Positions 59,740 to 62,995 of a DNA stretch of 62,995 nucleotides are shown here, in pieces. Each line of letters begins with the position of its first letter. Positions within the stretch are counted from its first letter, which is position 1. The position numbers and the translations under genes were made by a program. The notes under the pieces are model-generated. The model worked only from the letters and a program-made list of their open reading frames with translations. It ran no database searches and was not told the origin of the DNA. Source of the DNA: Phycisphaerales bacterium (GTDB lineage: Bacteria; Planctomycetota; Phycisphaerae; WQYP01); assembly GCA_027451365.1 (NCBI GenBank), contig DAIDJN010000030.1, forward strand, positions 1 to 62,995. Reading direction: 5' to 3'.

Positions 59740-60124
59740 AGGAGGTAGTGGAGGAAATGGAGGCATCGCGAGGACGACGGGCAGACAGGATTTCTGCGGT
59801 CCGGCGCTCCGCAGATTTTCCAGTCTGCCAAGACTCATCGCGCAAGCGACCGCAACTTCGCGGCTTGGTGCCATGGTGGTGGTCAAATTGCTTATCCAGT
59901 GCGACCATAAACTGCCTTGAGAAAGGCCGACCTTGCTTCGGTAATTTAAATCATACGTCGGCATTCGCTAACTGCCAAGCCAGTTCACGTCCCTGGGCAT
60001 CCATTATTTTGACGCCCGATTCCCCTTGCCATCCACCGACACCGTACCATTCCCCCGACTGTCATTCTCGTTTCCCATGCACTGCCGAGGGGCCTCTGGC
60101 TGGGCAGCCCTTTTTCGCGTGGAA

Positions 60125-61309
60125 TCAGAGCTTGAACGGCAGGGGCATCAGGTAGACCTTAGTGTTGCCGCCGATCAGAATACGCCTGCCACCGGCGGAC
60201 ACGTCGCTGTACCAGGGAACGCCGTTAAGGGTGGGGGAGCGATAACGGACCTGCATCCGTTTTAAATCAATAATCAGGAAGCGGCCTGCAATCCGATCGT
60301 ACCCCCGCTGGCCACTCCGTCCACCGGTCTCTGTGACGATTGCAAACCTCCCGCGACCGGCGACACAGATATGGGTGATGTCCTTCCATTGAACATCACC
60401 ACGGCGGGCCCCATGACTACGGCTGATTGAAAGGACGTGGCGGGTTTTGCCTGTGGCTCCATTTACCGTAGCCACCAGAAGCTTTCGCGGGAGCCCCATT
60501 GATTGGCCGCCCAGCAAAAGCGTTCCGTGCTTTAAATCTGCCGCAACTGCCCCGCAATCTAAAAGTGCCTTGACCTGACGGGAATAGAGCAGGCCGCCGG
60601 ACTGGGAATTCCAACAGGTCAACAGAACCTTGGTATCGCTTATGACGCACGCCAGACCGGTCGGTGAGAAAAATTTGATATCGGCGCCATTTCCAGAAAG
60701 CTGGACGCCACGGGGAATCGCCAATCTGCGATATACCCTTCCGCTGCGCACGCTGTGAATCACCACGGATCCGTTCCGCGGCGAGGGGGAGGCCGACACC
60801 AAGCGGCGGCCATCAGGTGAGAACGCCAGCCCACCCGAGCCATCACAACAGCAATGCCCTTTAAGAATTATAGGGGGCAAGTGGACGCCTTTCAGATTCC
60901 AAATGCAAACGCGCCACCCCCCTGCCCCGGGGGTACGAACAGCGGTGGAAAACAATTGACGATTCGGTGAAATAGCGCCGTCGAAATAATATTTGCAAAC
61001 CGAAATCCCGGGCTTCGCCAGCGGAAACGGAAGCAGGAAATCGCCAGCCTTCAGGGAAGCGAGGTGCGGACCTGTCCATCGGCTTTCGACGATCGCTTTG
61101 TCGCCGGATGAAAACGCCACGAAACCTCCGTATGACAAGGCGCTGTAGGTGAATCGAAGCGCCGCGTGCCAATTGTTGCCCGGAGGAGCAACTGCGGCAT
61201 CGGTGGCCGCGCTAAAAAATGCTACGGCTGCCAGCGCAATACCAATCCCGGAGAGCGCCGCGATCACGCCGCCTGCGCGGCAATGCATGTGTTGTATACG
61301 ACTCATCAT
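60125..61309 (-). CDS. Exported WD40-like beta-propeller protein (candidate immunity protein)
   Basis: ATGA-coupled to the RHS stop; signal/TM segment; VAFSS, AISPN, IWNL, LAFSPDGRRLVSA, FFSP units. Confidence 0.78.
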   Translation of the reverse strand: MMSRIQHMHCRAGGVIAALSGIGIALAAVAFFSAATDAAVAPPGNNWHAALRFTYSALSYGGFVAFSSGDKAIVESRWTGPHLASLKAGDFLLPFPLAKPGISVCKYYFDGAISPNRQLFSTAVRTPGAGGWRVCIWNLKGVHLPPIILKGHCCCDGSGGLAFSPDGRRLVSASPSPRNGSVVIHSVRSGRVYRRLAIPRGVQLSGNGADIKFFSPTGLACVISDTKVLLTCWNSQSGGLLYSRQVKALLDCGAVAADLKHGTLLLGGQSMGLPRKLLVATVNGATGKTRHVLSISRSHGARRGDVQWKDITHICVAGRGRFAIVTETGGRSGQRGYDRIAGRFLIIDLKRMQVRYRSPTLNGVPWYSDVSAGGRRILIGGNTKVYLMPLPFKL

Positions 61310-62994
61310 TTTGACTTCCCCTTGCATCTATTCGCGAGCCTCAGACAGGCGGTTTGAGTCTTGCTGGCAAATGTGCCCATCAAATCACCAGAAATCGAAT
61401 TGTCCTTGTAAATCATCGCTTCGCATTGCGCGAAGTTGTTGTTACTCTCCTTGAGCCCGAGGCAGCCATACGGATTCCCCTTCCTGGCCTCGGAGAGCGC
61501 TTTTTCTATCTGCCTAAGCATTCGTAAACACGGACGCGACGACAGCCCCTTCAGCGAGCCTAGCTCAGCTTGCAGCGCATCCCCCGCGCCCTTTGACAGG
61601 GCGTCGATGCCCTTGCTAAGCGCCTCGTCGGCGGCTTCTTTCAGGGCCTCCGCCAACGTGCCGGCACCGGTGGCCAGCTTGCTGAGCGCGCTGGCAAAGC
61701 TGTCGCTGTCCCCATCCTCGGCATAGCGCTTGGCGGCCTCCTTAAGGAATTCCTCCGCAATCTCCTTCCCTTTGTCCTTCAACAGATCCAGAAATTCCCG
61801 CGCGTCGGATGAACTGTTCCCAGTTGGAGTCGGGACGCTCGGGCCGCCCCACGGCCACCACCAGGAAAGTCCGGATCCGTCTGGCGCGAACGTTGGGCGG
61901 GACCCCACATACCCATATAAATTAATCCCGCCGGCATACCCAATCGGATCACGCTGAATCCAACGGCCAAGGACGGCGTTGTATGTCCGATTGCGGACGT
62001 AATAAAGCTGCGATTCTGGATCAAATCGATAGCCGCAATAGATAATTTCGTTGGCACCATAACTCGATTGCGCATCATCATCCGTAAACCAAACGGAATC
62101 GGCGCCCGGCGCGGTGAAGATCAAGGTATTTCCATACGCGTCCGTGTCATACGCTTCTACGATGCCGCCACCGGAATTCGTCAGCGCCACCGCGCGATAG
62201 AGCAAATCCTGCAGAAGGTAATACGCACCAAGCGGCAGGTCTTGCGGGCTAACAACAGCCATTAGGTTAACTTGAATACATTCGTCAATATACGCACCCC
62301 ATACATATTGCCGGATCGGTGTATCCGTGCTGCCTGACCCGCCGAATGGATTACGTTCCTCCATCGTGTGCCAGCCTTGCCAGATATAATCCGTCGTGCC
62401 GTTGGGAATATTGCCTGAAAGGCCGCCGTTCATAATGGTTTTGCGTATCCGGCGATTACCGGCATCATAAAAATACGCCGCAATCTGCAAGCCGTCGCTG
62501 ACGGGATACACCGCAATCAACCGGTTCAATGTGTCAAATTCATATTTAAGCGTGCCATCACCAATCAAATTTCCATTACTCGCACCCGGCACGCCGTCAT
62601 ATTTAAATGCCGTCAGGCCCCCCGTGCCCACCGTCCGCTGCGTAATCTGGTTGAGCTGGTTATTGCTCCGCTGGTCGGTGGTCTGGCTGCCGCCCACCGG
62701 TGTAAAGAGGCTGTTCTTCCAGTTGCCCAAACCATCCAGATTATAATTCCTGCTGGAATCCGTATTCGGCAAGGTAATCACGGTCGTAACACTTCCCCCA
62801 CCCGCATCCTGATAGCCACCGGCGGAATCCAGCACCCCGCGCTGATATTGCAACAACCGATTCACACTGTCATAGCCCGGCAGCGGCGAGGCGATATTGC
62901 CATTGGCATCTACGGGTTGGTATAAATTGTCCCGTTCTTCGGCGTGCAGTGCCCGTTCATAAAACTTGCCGCCCGCCCGGTCATAAGCCGTCGT
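61306..62994 (-). CDS. RHS-repeat protein, 5' part outside window
   Basis: YD repeats, RHS core, PTFAPDGSGL junction, 187-aa tip; frame open to the window edge. Confidence 0.93.
   Translation of the reverse strand, partial: TTAYDRAGGKFYERALHAEERDNLYQPVDANGNIASPLPGYDSVNRLLQYQRGVLDSAGGYQDAGGGSVTTVITLPNTDSSRNYNLDGLGNWKNSLFTPVGGSQTTDQRSNNQLNQITQRTVGTGGLTAFKYDGVPGASNGNLIGDGTLKYEFDTLNRLIAVYPVSDGLQIAAYFYDAGNRRIRKTIMNGGLSGNIPNGTTDYIWQGWHTMEERNPFGGSGSTDTPIRQYVWGAYIDECIQVNLMAVVSPQDLPLGAYYLLQDLLYRAVALTNSGGGIVEAYDTDAYGNTLIFTAPGADSVWFTDDDAQSSYGANEIIYCGYRFDPESQLYYVRNRTYNAVLGRWIQRDPIGYAGGINLYGYVGSRPTFAPDGSGLSWWWPWGGPSVPTPTGNSSSDAREFLDLLKDKGKEIAEEFLKEAAKRYAEDGDSDSFASALSKLATGAGTLAEALKEAADEALSKGIDALSKGAGDALQAELGSLKGLSSRPCLRMLRQIEKALSEARKGNPYGCLGLKESNNNFAQCEAMIYKDNSISGDLMGTFASKTQTACLRLANRCKGKSK
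61904..62057. repeat. 154-bp direct repeat, copy 2 (RHS core)
   Basis: Near-identical to 59586-59739. Confidence 0.9.
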
Positions 62995-62995
62995 G

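Noticed and set aside
59740..60120. Upstream part of ORF 59066-59908 as a real N-terminus
   Set aside because: RHS similarity stops abruptly at 59739 and the upstream translation resembles nothing; treated as an orphan cassette.

Overview
Bacterial chromosomal segment, most likely from a Planctomycetota (Phycisphaerae-like) genome. This is inferred from a PVM-type microcompartment locus, PEP-CTERM proteins, a TPR + tandem RpoA-CTD protein and mreBC. Left to right: (i) an IS701-family transposase interrupting a discoidin-domain gene; (ii) a sugar-utilisation cluster (XylR-like regulator, MFS sugar porter, DUF5107-TPR protein, AraC), a Tat-exported GH29 alpha-L-fucosidase and PEP-CTERM/surface proteins; (iii) lipA and mreBC; (iv) a fucose/rhamnose-type PVM bacterial microcompartment operon with three BMC-H genes and no recognisable pentamer (BMC-P) gene; (v) housekeeping genes (def, prfC, flippase, ClC, obgE, nusA-infB-DUF503-rbfA, HhH-like protein, hisG, yajQ, pckG); (vi) from about 54.9 kb, an accessory RHS polymorphic-toxin region with two unrecognised toxin tips, each followed by a repeat protein (WD40-like, Sel1), plus an ankyrin gene. 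The best candidates for novelty are the pentamer-less microcompartment locus, a possible histidine attenuator formed by the 15-His tail of a full-length upstream protein in front of hisG, a ~450-nt densely hairpinned leader before nusA, and the RHS toxin/repeat-protein pairs. No tRNA, rRNA or CRISPR array was recognised. All calls come from motif recognition by eye; no searches or folding were run.
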